NCBI GenBank assembly: GCA_044229975.1
Contig: JBGARZ010000001.1
Span: 256,001 to 320,000 of the forward strand
Direction: 5' to 3'
From: Polyangiales bacterium
Lineage (GTDB): Bacteria > Myxococcota_A > Polyangia > Polyangiales > Ga0077539
Length of the DNA stretch: 64,000 nt
The position numbers and the translations under genes are program-made. Each line of letters opens with the position of its first letter. Position 1 is the stretch's first letter. Shown piece by piece: positions 29,587-38,004 of this stretch. The notes beneath the pieces were generated by a model. The model did no database searches and had not been told where the DNA came from. It was given only the letters and a program-made list of their open reading frames with translations.

Positions 29587-31491
29587 TCAGCCGTCGCGCC
29601 GGAAGATGTAGCGGGGCGTGATCATCATGCCCGAGTAGTTGATGGTCTCCAGGCCCACCACGAGGCGCTCGCCGTCGACCTCGTACTGCACCCGCGACGG
29701 GACATCGCTCCCGTCGCCCGCGCACTCGCGCGTGAGCGAGAGCGGCGTCGAGGCCGTGCCGGTGTACGTCGACGTGAACTGGAGGTTCACCGGCTGCGAG
29801 TAGCGGGCGCCGATGGTCGACACGAGGTTCACCACGCTGTTGACGTCGGAGATGATGCGGCCCGTGTCGGTCCAGAGCTGGCCGCGGCCGCGGAGGTTGG
29901 TCTCGGTGCGGCTGATGGTGCCGAGGGGCGTGCGCTCGTTGTCGATCCAGTACTCGATGCCCGCGAGCTCCCAGTGGCCGTTGGGAATCGTCCCCCCGGC
30001 GAGCGCCGGAGGAGCGCCGATGCGGACGGGGCTCGTGACGAGCGGGAGCATGGTGGCCGCCCCGGGCGGCGCGCAGCGGCTGGGGGTGTAGGTCACGTCC
30101 GTCACGAGGCGGACGGCCTCGTCGCAGAAGCGAAACACCGGGACCGGCGTGACGTACGCGAAGTTGAAACACATCTCGTCGGTGGTGCGAACGCCCGAGT
30201 TCACCGACCGGCTGGAGGTGTTGTTGAAGGTGCAGCGGGTGATGATGCGGTCGCCCATCCCGAAGGTGACCGGGAGGTCGTAGAAGAGCTCGGTCTCGAA
30301 GCGCCAGCCCTGGAGCGAGATGAGCGGCTGTACGTCGCCCGACGAGCGCACGATGGTCTGCTCGAAGTCGGTGCCGATGGTGTGCATGTGCGGCATGCCC
30401 GCGAGCATGCGAGAGCCCGCGCCGAGGGTGCACGCGCTCTCCGCCGTCCCCGTGCTGCGCGGCGGGACGGAGAAGCCGTTGGGGCCGATGGCGACCATGC
30501 CCCACTCGGTTCCGCCGGGGGCCGAGTGGAAGACGCGCACGCCGGTGTGGTCGGTGATGTCGGGCAGCCGCGCGCCGTTGTTGTAATGGATCTGCATCAC
30601 GTAGCGCTCGCCCGGGTTGACGCGCAGGCCGCCCTCCGGGAACTGGAGCGCATCCTGCCCCGGCGCCCAGGCGTACGCGTACTCGCTGCCGTCGGGCATG
30701 TTGAAGCAGGAGTACGTGCTGTTGGGCGAGCGACGCATCGGGTCGCGGAGCAGCACGACGTGGTGCACGACCCTGGCCTGGTCGAGGCGGATCTCGAAGC
30801 GGCGGATGAAGCGCGACGCGGTGACCGGCGCATCGAACACGAAGCAGCGGTAGTCGTCCGTGACCGTCGGGCCCACCGGGTAGTTGTCGGCGAGGAGGTC
30901 GAAGTGTTCGAGGCCCGCGGGCGCCATCTCGGGCGAGCGGAACACCGGCGCCGACACGCGCAGCCCCGTCCCGGCTGGTGCCATCTGCGCGCCGCAGGTG
31001 GCCCACTGCACCATGGTGTTGCGGATGTCGTCGGTGGGCGCTGGCGTCCCGGCCGGGGGCATGCGGTTGGCGATGAGGTTGGCCGCGATGCGATCGACGT
31101 GACGCGCGCCGGGCTCGCCCGCGAGGTTGGCGTCGTAGTCGAGCAGCGAGAAGGGCGCGCCGTAGTTGGGCTCGGCGCCGTGACAGGTGCCGCACTGGCG
31201 CTGCACGTGACCGCGAATGGTCGAGTCCCACTGCGCACGATCGGGGATGCACGGCGCGGGTCCGGCGTCGGCCGCGACGACGGGGGTGTCCGTGGCGACG
31301 GCGGGGCCGTCCATGGGTGCGAGACCGAGGTCGCTCACCGCGGGCGCGTCGGCGCCGGGCGCGACGCCGACGTCGACCACGGTGGACGCGTCGACGGGCG
31401 CGGGGTTCGCCGCGCCGGAGTCACAGCCGACGAGCGCCGCGCTGGTGAGGAGCCCAAGAACGACTGAACCGAAGGCCGACGTCGATCGCAT
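29587..31491 (-). CDS. Lipoprotein: cytochrome c domain fused to a copper type II (PHM/DBH-like) monooxygenase
   Basis: Lipobox LVGC; heme motif CGTCH with distal RMPP; DDYRCFV, VVHHVVL, AWAPG, MQIHYNN, MPHMH, TDEMC. Confidence 0.85.
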   Translation of the reverse strand: MRSTSAFGSVVLGLLTSAALVGCDSGAANPAPVDASTVVDVGVAPGADAPAVSDLGLAPMDGPAVATDTPVVAADAGPAPCIPDRAQWDSTIRGHVQRQCGTCHGAEPNYGAPFSLLDYDANLAGEPGARHVDRIAANLIANRMPPAGTPAPTDDIRNTMVQWATCGAQMAPAGTGLRVSAPVFRSPEMAPAGLEHFDLLADNYPVGPTVTDDYRCFVFDAPVTASRFIRRFEIRLDQARVVHHVVLLRDPMRRSPNSTYSCFNMPDGSEYAYAWAPGQDALQFPEGGLRVNPGERYVMQIHYNNGARLPDITDHTGVRVFHSAPGGTEWGMVAIGPNGFSVPPRSTGTAESACTLGAGSRMLAGMPHMHTIGTDFEQTIVRSSGDVQPLISLQGWRFETELFYDLPVTFGMGDRIITRCTFNNTSSRSVNSGVRTTDEMCFNFAYVTPVPVFRFCDEAVRLVTDVTYTPSRCAPPGAATMLPLVTSPVRIGAPPALAGGTIPNGHWELAGIEYWIDNERTPLGTISRTETNLRGRGQLWTDTGRIISDVNSVVNLVSTIGARYSQPVNLQFTSTYTGTASTPLSLTRECAGDGSDVPSRVQYEVDGERLVVGLETINYSGMMITPRYIFRRDG

Positions 31492-31563
31492 CGGGCGCGG
31501 ACGTTACCGCGAAGCGACCGCGTGTCATGTGCGGCCCGCGTGTCGCGCGAGAAGCGGGAGCGG

Positions 31564-32118
31564 TCAGCGGATCTCGACCCAGCCGAGCTGTAGCTGCGTC
31601 GGCCGCGGCACGCGGAGGCGGACGTATCGCGCGCGCGCCTCGGGAAACACCGTGCGCCAGGTGTCGAAGGGCTCGACGCGCCGGGCGACCTCGGTCCATC
31701 GGGTGCGGTCGGTGGAGAGCTCGACCGCGAGGGGGACGGGCCAGTCGCGGCAGCAGTCGAGGCGGTTTTGGATCCAGACCATGGTCACACCGTGGGTGGC
31801 GCCGAGGTCGAACTCGATCCACGGCGCGGCCTCGTTGGTGGTCTGGAAGAACATGTTGGGCAGACCCTCGGAGGTCATGTCGAAGCCCCGCCCGGCCGCC
31901 TTCTCGGGAAACTGCGAGCTGCTCAGGCGCCACAGCGCCGTCTTGGCGAGCTCGGGCCGCAGCGCCAGGCGCAGCTCACGGCCGCCCAGGACAAACCCCG
32001 CCACGACGAGAACCGCCACCAGCCAGCGCCACGCGCGCTCACGCCAGAGCGCGAGCGGGCCGTCATCCTCGACGGCGTCGGGCCACAACCATCGCGCGAT
32101 CTGAACGGGGTTCGACAC
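31564..32118 (-). CDS. Membrane-anchored discoidin / F-type lectin-like domain protein
   Basis: One TM, then FFQTTNEAAPWIEFDLG, IQNRLDCC, VELSTD...W, ARYVRL. Confidence 0.75.
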   Translation of the reverse strand: MSNPVQIARWLWPDAVEDDGPLALWRERAWRWLVAVLVVAGFVLGGRELRLALRPELAKTALWRLSSSQFPEKAAGRGFDMTSEGLPNMFFQTTNEAAPWIEFDLGATHGVTMVWIQNRLDCCRDWPVPLAVELSTDRTRWTEVARRVEPFDTWRTVFPEARARYVRLRVPRPTQLQLGWVEIR

Positions 32119-32146
32119 GGCGGAGGGACTGATAGCGCACCGCGCG

Positions 32147-34132
32147 GTGTCACCGGAAGGGGCGTCGCTCGCCGAATGGGAGCTTGACGACGAAGGGCGC
32201 CTGCGGGTCTCTTCCGCCCGGAAAGGCGCGGTTTTCCCATTGGGCTGGATCGTCTGGTTGCTTGAGAGTGCCCTCTGTCTGGTCGCGAGCTACGCCGCAG
32301 CCGTCGCGGTGTACCCCGACCGCTCGGTGCTCGACCGCTTCATCCTCACGATGGTCGTCGACACGGGGCTCATCCTGCTGGCGATCCACCTGTGCGGCTT
32401 CGTCGACCAGCTCTACCCCGCGCCGCTCGCCGTCGTGGCCACGCTGCTCTGCGCCGCGGTGCTCTTCTTCGCGCGCCGTCACACGGCGCCCGGCGTCTTC
32501 GCCCAACGACTGAACGACGACCTCCGCGCGCCGGTCCGCTTCGTCGCCGACGTGGTGCGCGAGCGCGAGGTCGCGGTCGGTACGCTCGTCCCAGCGGCGC
32601 TCGCGACGGTCACCTGCGCGCTGATGGTCTGGTACTACCGCTCGTGGACGTGGGACCCGGTCTGGTACCACGTCCCCAAGACCTCGCTGGTCATCCAGGA
32701 GCACTCGCTCCGCTGGCTCGACATCCCCAACATCTGGACCCAGGGCAACCCCGCCCACCTCGAGCTCCTCGCGGTCTGGAACTGCATCTTCGCCCGCGAC
32801 AACCGCTTCGACGACAGCGCGCAGCTCCCCTTCCTCCTCCTCGGCGCCGCGGTCGTCGCCGCGTGGTGTCGTCGCGTCGGTGCATCACGCCCCTTGAGCG
32901 CCGCCCTCGGCGCCGTCTGGATCGCCCTCCCCCCGGTCTTCCTCCAGGCCCACTCCACCCACGCCGACGTCGCGTGGAACTCCCTCTTCACCGCCGCGAT
33001 CTACGTCACGCTCGGCAAGCCCGAGCGCCGCGACCGCTGGGTGGGCTTCCTCTGCTGGGGACTCTTCCTCGGCATGAAGTACACGGGCCTCTTCCACATC
33101 GGCCTGTGGGGTCCGTGGCTGCTCGGTCGCGCCGTCTTCGAGGTCGTCCACACCCCGCGCGGCGAGCGCCTGAAGCGCGTGCTCGACGTCATCGCGTCGG
33201 GCCTCTTCGCCATCGCCCTCGGCTGCTTCAAGTACATCCAGAACTTCATCCACGCCCACAACCCGATGTGGCCCTTCGACCTGAAGATCCGGTCGCTCGG
33301 CATCCACTTCCACGGCGAGAGCAACCCCGGCGTCGAGTACGGCTCCGGCCCCGACCAGAGCCCCACCTTCTTCGGCGCGCCCAACGCCCTCAACGACCTG
33401 CTCACGTCGTGGTTCAACGACCACCCGTTCTATGCGCCTGACGTGCGCTCCGGGGGCTTCGGCCCGGCCTTCCGCTGGCTGCTCCTGTGGTGCGTCGTGG
33501 TCGTCGCCTTCGACCTCCTCCGCGGCCGCAACTGGCGCCGCGGCCTGCTCCCGCTCGCGCTCTTCGTCGAGTGCCTCCAGGTGCCCGTCCCGTACATGAC
33601 CCGCTTCATCCTCGCGGCGGCCAGCGCGGCGCTCGTGTGCACCGCCATCGTCGCGTCGGAGATACGCTGGCGCCCGCTGAAGCTCGCCTTCTCGCTCGCC
33701 CTCGTGGGCCTCACCTGGCACGGCTACACCGAAGCCTACCGGGGGTTCATCGTGCACCCGCGCTACTTTGATCGCGCGCGCCGCCTCGACGCCGCCGGTC
33801 GCAACGCGCTGCAGCTCGACACCTTCCTCTGGCCCACCCACTGGGCGGAGCTGCGCGAGCGCGAGCTGCACGCGGGCGACGTCATCGCCTACGACGAGGG
33901 CGTCCACTTCCTCAACGACCTCTTCAACCACGACTTCGGCGCGCGCGTGGAGTTCGTCTCCAGTCGGGTTCCTGCCGAGCGCTACCTCGCTCGCGTGCGT
34001 GCGCTGCGCGCGAAGTGGGTCGGCGTCACGCGCGGAACCGCCGCCGAACAGGCCCTCATCACCGCGGGCGCGACCTTCCTCTTCCAGACCCCCGACTCGC
34101 CCATGGCGATGTACCGCATGCCCCGGCCGTGA
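32147..34132 (+). CDS. GT-C fold (ArnT/PMT-like) membrane glycosyltransferase
   Basis: Many TM segments; first loop WDPVWYHVP, AHSTHADV, GMKYTG, YIQNF...NPMWP. Confidence 0.7.
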   Translation: MSPEGASLAEWELDDEGRLRVSSARKGAVFPLGWIVWLLESALCLVASYAAAVAVYPDRSVLDRFILTMVVDTGLILLAIHLCGFVDQLYPAPLAVVATLLCAAVLFFARRHTAPGVFAQRLNDDLRAPVRFVADVVREREVAVGTLVPAALATVTCALMVWYYRSWTWDPVWYHVPKTSLVIQEHSLRWLDIPNIWTQGNPAHLELLAVWNCIFARDNRFDDSAQLPFLLLGAAVVAAWCRRVGASRPLSAALGAVWIALPPVFLQAHSTHADVAWNSLFTAAIYVTLGKPERRDRWVGFLCWGLFLGMKYTGLFHIGLWGPWLLGRAVFEVVHTPRGERLKRVLDVIASGLFAIALGCFKYIQNFIHAHNPMWPFDLKIRSLGIHFHGESNPGVEYGSGPDQSPTFFGAPNALNDLLTSWFNDHPFYAPDVRSGGFGPAFRWLLLWCVVVVAFDLLRGRNWRRGLLPLALFVECLQVPVPYMTRFILAAASAALVCTAIVASEIRWRPLKLAFSLALVGLTWHGYTEAYRGFIVHPRYFDRARRLDAAGRNALQLDTFLWPTHWAELRERELHAGDVIAYDEGVHFLNDLFNHDFGARVEFVSSRVPAERYLARVRALRAKWVGVTRGTAAEQALITAGATFLFQTPDSPMAMYRMPRP

Positions 34133-35283
34133 CCATCGGGCGCCCGCTCGCGCTTGGCCTCGGCCTCACGGTCGCCACCCGCCTCGCCGCCGCGGCCCTC
34201 TTCCCGACGCTCCCCCGCTGGGACGGGTTCTTCTACCACCGCTACGCCGAGCGCCTCGCCGCGGGCCTCGGCTACACCGACCTCGGAACCCACCGCCCCA
34301 CCGGCTTCTACCCGGTGGGCTACCCCTTCGCGCTCTCGCTCCCCTTGCGCCTCGGCTTCGGCCCCTTCGCCGCCGTCGTGGCCGTCAACCTGGTCGCGAG
34401 CCTCGTCACCACCACCGCCGTCGTGGTCGTCGCGGCCCGTCACCCCGAACCCCGCGTCGCCACCCGCGCCGCCCTCGCCGCCGCGCTCTACCCCGGCCTC
34501 GCGCTGTGGTCCTGCGCCGCCATGAGCGAGTCGCTCACCGCCGCCCTCCTCGTTGCCGCCCTCGCGCTCGTCACCACCGGCTCTTTGCGCGCTCGCCATC
34601 CACTCGGCGCGGGTGCGCTCCTCGGACTCGCTGCCCTCGTGCGCCCGCCGTCGCTGCTCGCGCTCGCTGCCGTCGCCGCGGCGGCGCCATCGGGTCGTCG
34701 CCTGCGCTCACTCGCGCTCGCTTGCGTCGCCGCCGTGTGCGTCGTGGCCCCGTGGACGATTCGCAACGCGCGCGCCCTCGACGCCCCCGCGCTCGTCAGC
34801 ACCAACGGCGGATCGAACCTCCTCATCGGCACCCTCGACGACGCCCGCGGCGGCTATCGACCTCCCGGCCCGCGGTGCGCCAATCTTCACGGCGAGGTCG
34901 AGCGCGACCGCTGCTTCGGCGCGACGGCCCGCGGGCGCATCGCCGAAGCGCCGCTTCGCTGGAGCGTCCTGGGCGTCGAGAAGCTCGCGCGCACCTTCGC
35001 GTGGGAGCACGACCCGGCGCGCCATCTCCGCGACGAGAAGATCCCGCTGCGCCGCGATGCGCGCGCCATCGCCCTCATCGCGTTGTGCACCGTCGCTTGG
35101 TGGGCGCTGCTGGTCCGCGCGTGGCGCGCCGCTCGCCGCGACGATTCGACAAGCCGCGCGGTAGCCGTCACCGCGGCCAGCATCGCCGCGACGCACTTCG
35201 TCTTCCTCGGCGCCGACCGGTACCATCTGGTGCTCGTTCCCACGCTGCTGCTGCTGCTCGCACCACGACCTCCCTCTGCATGA
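34129..35283 (+). CDS. GT-C membrane glycosyltransferase, paralog 1
   Basis: GTGA overlap; WDGFFY, TGFYPVGYP, MSE, LVRP, PWTIRN, STNGGSNLLIG, GADRYH. Confidence 0.78.
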   Translation: MTIGRPLALGLGLTVATRLAAAALFPTLPRWDGFFYHRYAERLAAGLGYTDLGTHRPTGFYPVGYPFALSLPLRLGFGPFAAVVAVNLVASLVTTTAVVVVAARHPEPRVATRAALAAALYPGLALWSCAAMSESLTAALLVAALALVTTGSLRARHPLGAGALLGLAALVRPPSLLALAAVAAAAPSGRRLRSLALACVAAVCVVAPWTIRNARALDAPALVSTNGGSNLLIGTLDDARGGYRPPGPRCANLHGEVERDRCFGATARGRIAEAPLRWSVLGVEKLARTFAWEHDPARHLRDEKIPLRRDARAIALIALCTVAWWALLVRAWRAARRDDSTSRAVAVTAASIAATHFVFLGADRYHLVLVPTLLLLLAPRPPSA

Positions 35284-35407
35284 GTTCATCTGTTCCACGG
35301 TCGTCGCAGCGAGTACCGGGGTGCGGGGCAACGCCCAAACCCCAGCCCCCCAGCGGCTTGCACCACGCTCCCGAAGCGCCGACGACGTCCCCGCTACGAG
35401 CCCTCCG

Positions 35408-36604
35408 ATGAGCGCCCTCGCCTGGACCCTGATCACCATCCTGGTGCGCCTCGCCTGGCTGCGCGCAGTGCCGCCCGCCATCGCCTGGGACGGCATCATC
35501 TACGCGCGCACGTCGCTCCGCATCGCGCAGGGTCTGGGCTTCGTCGACAACTACAACAACGTCCCGCCGTGGCCGCCCACCGCCTTCTACCCGGTGGGCT
35601 ACCCCGCGCTCCTCGGCCTCTTCCACGCGCTGCTCGGTCCCGGCACCTGGGTCGCCGGCGCGCTCAACGTCGTCGCCGCCGCCGTCACCACCGCCCTCGT
35701 CTTCACCCTCGCCCGGCGCGCCTGGGGAACGCCCTCCGCCCACCTCGCGGCCGCCCTCTACGCGCTCTCTCCCGGCGCGGTGCTCTACACGTCCACCCTG
35801 ATGACCGAGACCGTCTCGGCCGCCCTCCTCGTCGGCGCCGTCGCCCTCGCCGCGCGCCACGTTCGCACCGCCTCTCCGCACGCCGCCCTCGCCGCGGGAC
35901 TCGCCTTCGGCGTCGCCGGCCTCGTGCGCCCGCAGACCCTCCTGCTCGCCCCCATCGTCGCGCTCCTCGCCTCCCCGTCTCCCCACTGGAAGAAGCGCGT
36001 CCGCACCGTCGCCCTCGTCGGGGTCGCGTGTGCCGCGGTGGTGCTCCCGTGGACGGCCCGCAACTGCCGCGTCCTCGACGGCTGCGCGCTGGTCTCCGTC
36101 AACGGCGGCTCCAACCTCTTCATCGGAACCGACCCCGACGCCCACGGCAACTACCGCGCCCTTCGCCGCGGTGAAGGCTGCGACCGCGCCCCCCCGGAGG
36201 TCGCCAAGGACCGGTGCTTCGGCCACCTCGCCGTCGCCCGCATCCGCGCCCATCCGCTGCGTTGGATCGCGCTCATGCCCGCCAAGCTCCAGGCCCTCCT
36301 CGACTACGAGACGGCGCCCGCCAACTACCTCCGCGAAGCGGGTTCCCTCGCTGCGCCCGCCGCCGAGCGTCTCGGTCGCTGGCTCACCGCTGCGCACCGG
36401 CTCACCAGCTTCCTCGCGCTGCTGGTGCTGGTCGCGCGCCGACGTTCGCTGCCGCGCCCGGTCGCGCTCAGCGTCGGCGGTGTCGTCGGCTCCCTCGCCG
36501 TCCACGCCGTCTTCTTCGGCGGCGATCGCTACCACATGGTCTTTCTCCCGCTGCTCGCGATCATCGCAGGCGGCGTCCTCGCGCCGTCCACCAGGACCCC
36601 GTGA
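35408..36604 (+). CDS. GT-C membrane glycosyltransferase, paralog 2
   Basis: WDGIIY, TAFYPVGYP, MTE, LVRP, PWTARN, SVNGGSNLFIG, GGDRYH. Confidence 0.78.
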   Translation: MSALAWTLITILVRLAWLRAVPPAIAWDGIIYARTSLRIAQGLGFVDNYNNVPPWPPTAFYPVGYPALLGLFHALLGPGTWVAGALNVVAAAVTTALVFTLARRAWGTPSAHLAAALYALSPGAVLYTSTLMTETVSAALLVGAVALAARHVRTASPHAALAAGLAFGVAGLVRPQTLLLAPIVALLASPSPHWKKRVRTVALVGVACAAVVLPWTARNCRVLDGCALVSVNGGSNLFIGTDPDAHGNYRALRRGEGCDRAPPEVAKDRCFGHLAVARIRAHPLRWIALMPAKLQALLDYETAPANYLREAGSLAAPAAERLGRWLTAAHRLTSFLALLVLVARRRSLPRPVALSVGGVVGSLAVHAVFFGGDRYHMVFLPLLAIIAGGVLAPSTRTP

Positions 36605-37848
36605 CCCACCGCAGAAGCACCCTCGCGCTCTCGCTCGTCGCCCTCGTCGCGCGACTCGCCTGGGGCTTCTCGGTGCGGGTCCCGCCGGTGTGGGACGGCG
36701 AGCTCTACGAGCGCGGCGCGCGCGCCCTCGCGACGGGCCTCGGCTACTCCTGCTTCCTCTTCGGACCAGCCGCCGACCCGACCGTCCCGACCGCCTTCTA
36801 CCCCGTCGGCTACCCCGCCTTCCTCGGCGCCCTCTACCGGATCTTCGGCATCTCCGCGGCCGTCATCGTGGTCAGCGGCGCCCTGCTCGGCGCGGTCACC
36901 GTCGCCCTCACCCACCGCCTCGCGCTGCGCTGCGCGCCTCCGCTCGCGGCGCACGTCGCGGCGCTCGCCGTCGCGCTCTCTCCAGGCGCCGTCATCCTCT
37001 CCACGACGCCGATGAGCGAGACCCTCTGGGGCACCCTCGTCACCGCCGCGGTCTATGTGCTCACGCGTGCCCGTCTGCCGCGGGTTGAGCTCCTCCTCAC
37101 CGCCGTCCTCCTCGCTGCTGCCGTCTACGTGCGTCCGCAGGCGGTGCTCCTCGCGCCGCTGCTCCCCGCGCTCGTCCCCGGAACCCTCCGCCAACGCCTC
37201 GCCCGCGCCGCCGTCGTCACCGTCGCGGTGCTCGCGCTCGTCGCCCCGTGGACGGCCCGCAACTGCCGCTCGCTCGACGGCTGCGCCTTCGTGAGCACCA
37301 ACGGCGGCAGCAACCTCGCCATCGGCGCCATTCCCCGCGCGACAGGTCAGTACCTCCGCCTCACCGCCGACGACGGATGCCGCGGCGTGAAGGGCGAACG
37401 CGCCCGCGAGCGCTGCTGGCAGTCCGTCGCCATCGCCAGCATCCGCGCCAACCCCACCCGCTGGCTGCGCCTCGGCCTCACCAAGCTCCACGAGACCTGG
37501 CGCCACGAGTCGTACCCCGCGGGCTACCTCCGCACCGCGCGCCCCGACCTCGTCGACGCAAGCCGCGAAGAGTCCCTCCAACGATGGATGGCCCGCGCGT
37601 GGATGGCCCTCTGGCTCGTCGCCCTCCTCGGCCTCATCCCGCTCCCGTCGCGACGCCGCATGGCGCCCGCGGCGACGCTCTCCCTCGGAGCCATCGCGGC
37701 GGTGATGGCCACCCACGCGGTGGTCTTCGGCGGCGACCGCTATCACCTCCCGCTGGTCGGTCTCGTGGCCGTGCTCGCGGCCTCCGCGTTTCGCCAAAGC
37801 GCTGGAGATCTAAGCGCTCCCGCGACCGTCGACCCATCGCGTCGTTGA
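36601..37848 (+). CDS. GT-C membrane glycosyltransferase, paralog 3
   Basis: GTGA overlap; WDGELY, TAFYPVGYP, MSE, YVRP, PWTARN, STNGGSNLAIG, GGDRYH. Confidence 0.78.
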   Translation: MTHRRSTLALSLVALVARLAWGFSVRVPPVWDGELYERGARALATGLGYSCFLFGPAADPTVPTAFYPVGYPAFLGALYRIFGISAAVIVVSGALLGAVTVALTHRLALRCAPPLAAHVAALAVALSPGAVILSTTPMSETLWGTLVTAAVYVLTRARLPRVELLLTAVLLAAAVYVRPQAVLLAPLLPALVPGTLRQRLARAAVVTVAVLALVAPWTARNCRSLDGCAFVSTNGGSNLAIGAIPRATGQYLRLTADDGCRGVKGERARERCWQSVAIASIRANPTRWLRLGLTKLHETWRHESYPAGYLRTARPDLVDASREESLQRWMARAWMALWLVALLGLIPLPSRRRMAPAATLSLGAIAAVMATHAVVFGGDRYHLPLVGLVAVLAASAFRQSAGDLSAPATVDPSRR

Positions 37849-38004
37849 AAAGTTCGCCCCGCGCGAGACCGCGCATAGAGTCCGTTCACACCGCGGACAG
37901 GCGATGCAGGGGTGAGCGTCGGTCGTGTGGACTTCTCCGTCGTGGGAGACGTCCGCGCGCCCGTCGTCACACCCCCATCGACCTCACGCCGCGCCTGTGG
38001 ACGC

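Noticed and set aside
28627..31467. 946-aa plus-strand ORF
   Set aside because: Antisense to two better-supported minus-strand genes; no recognisable domain.
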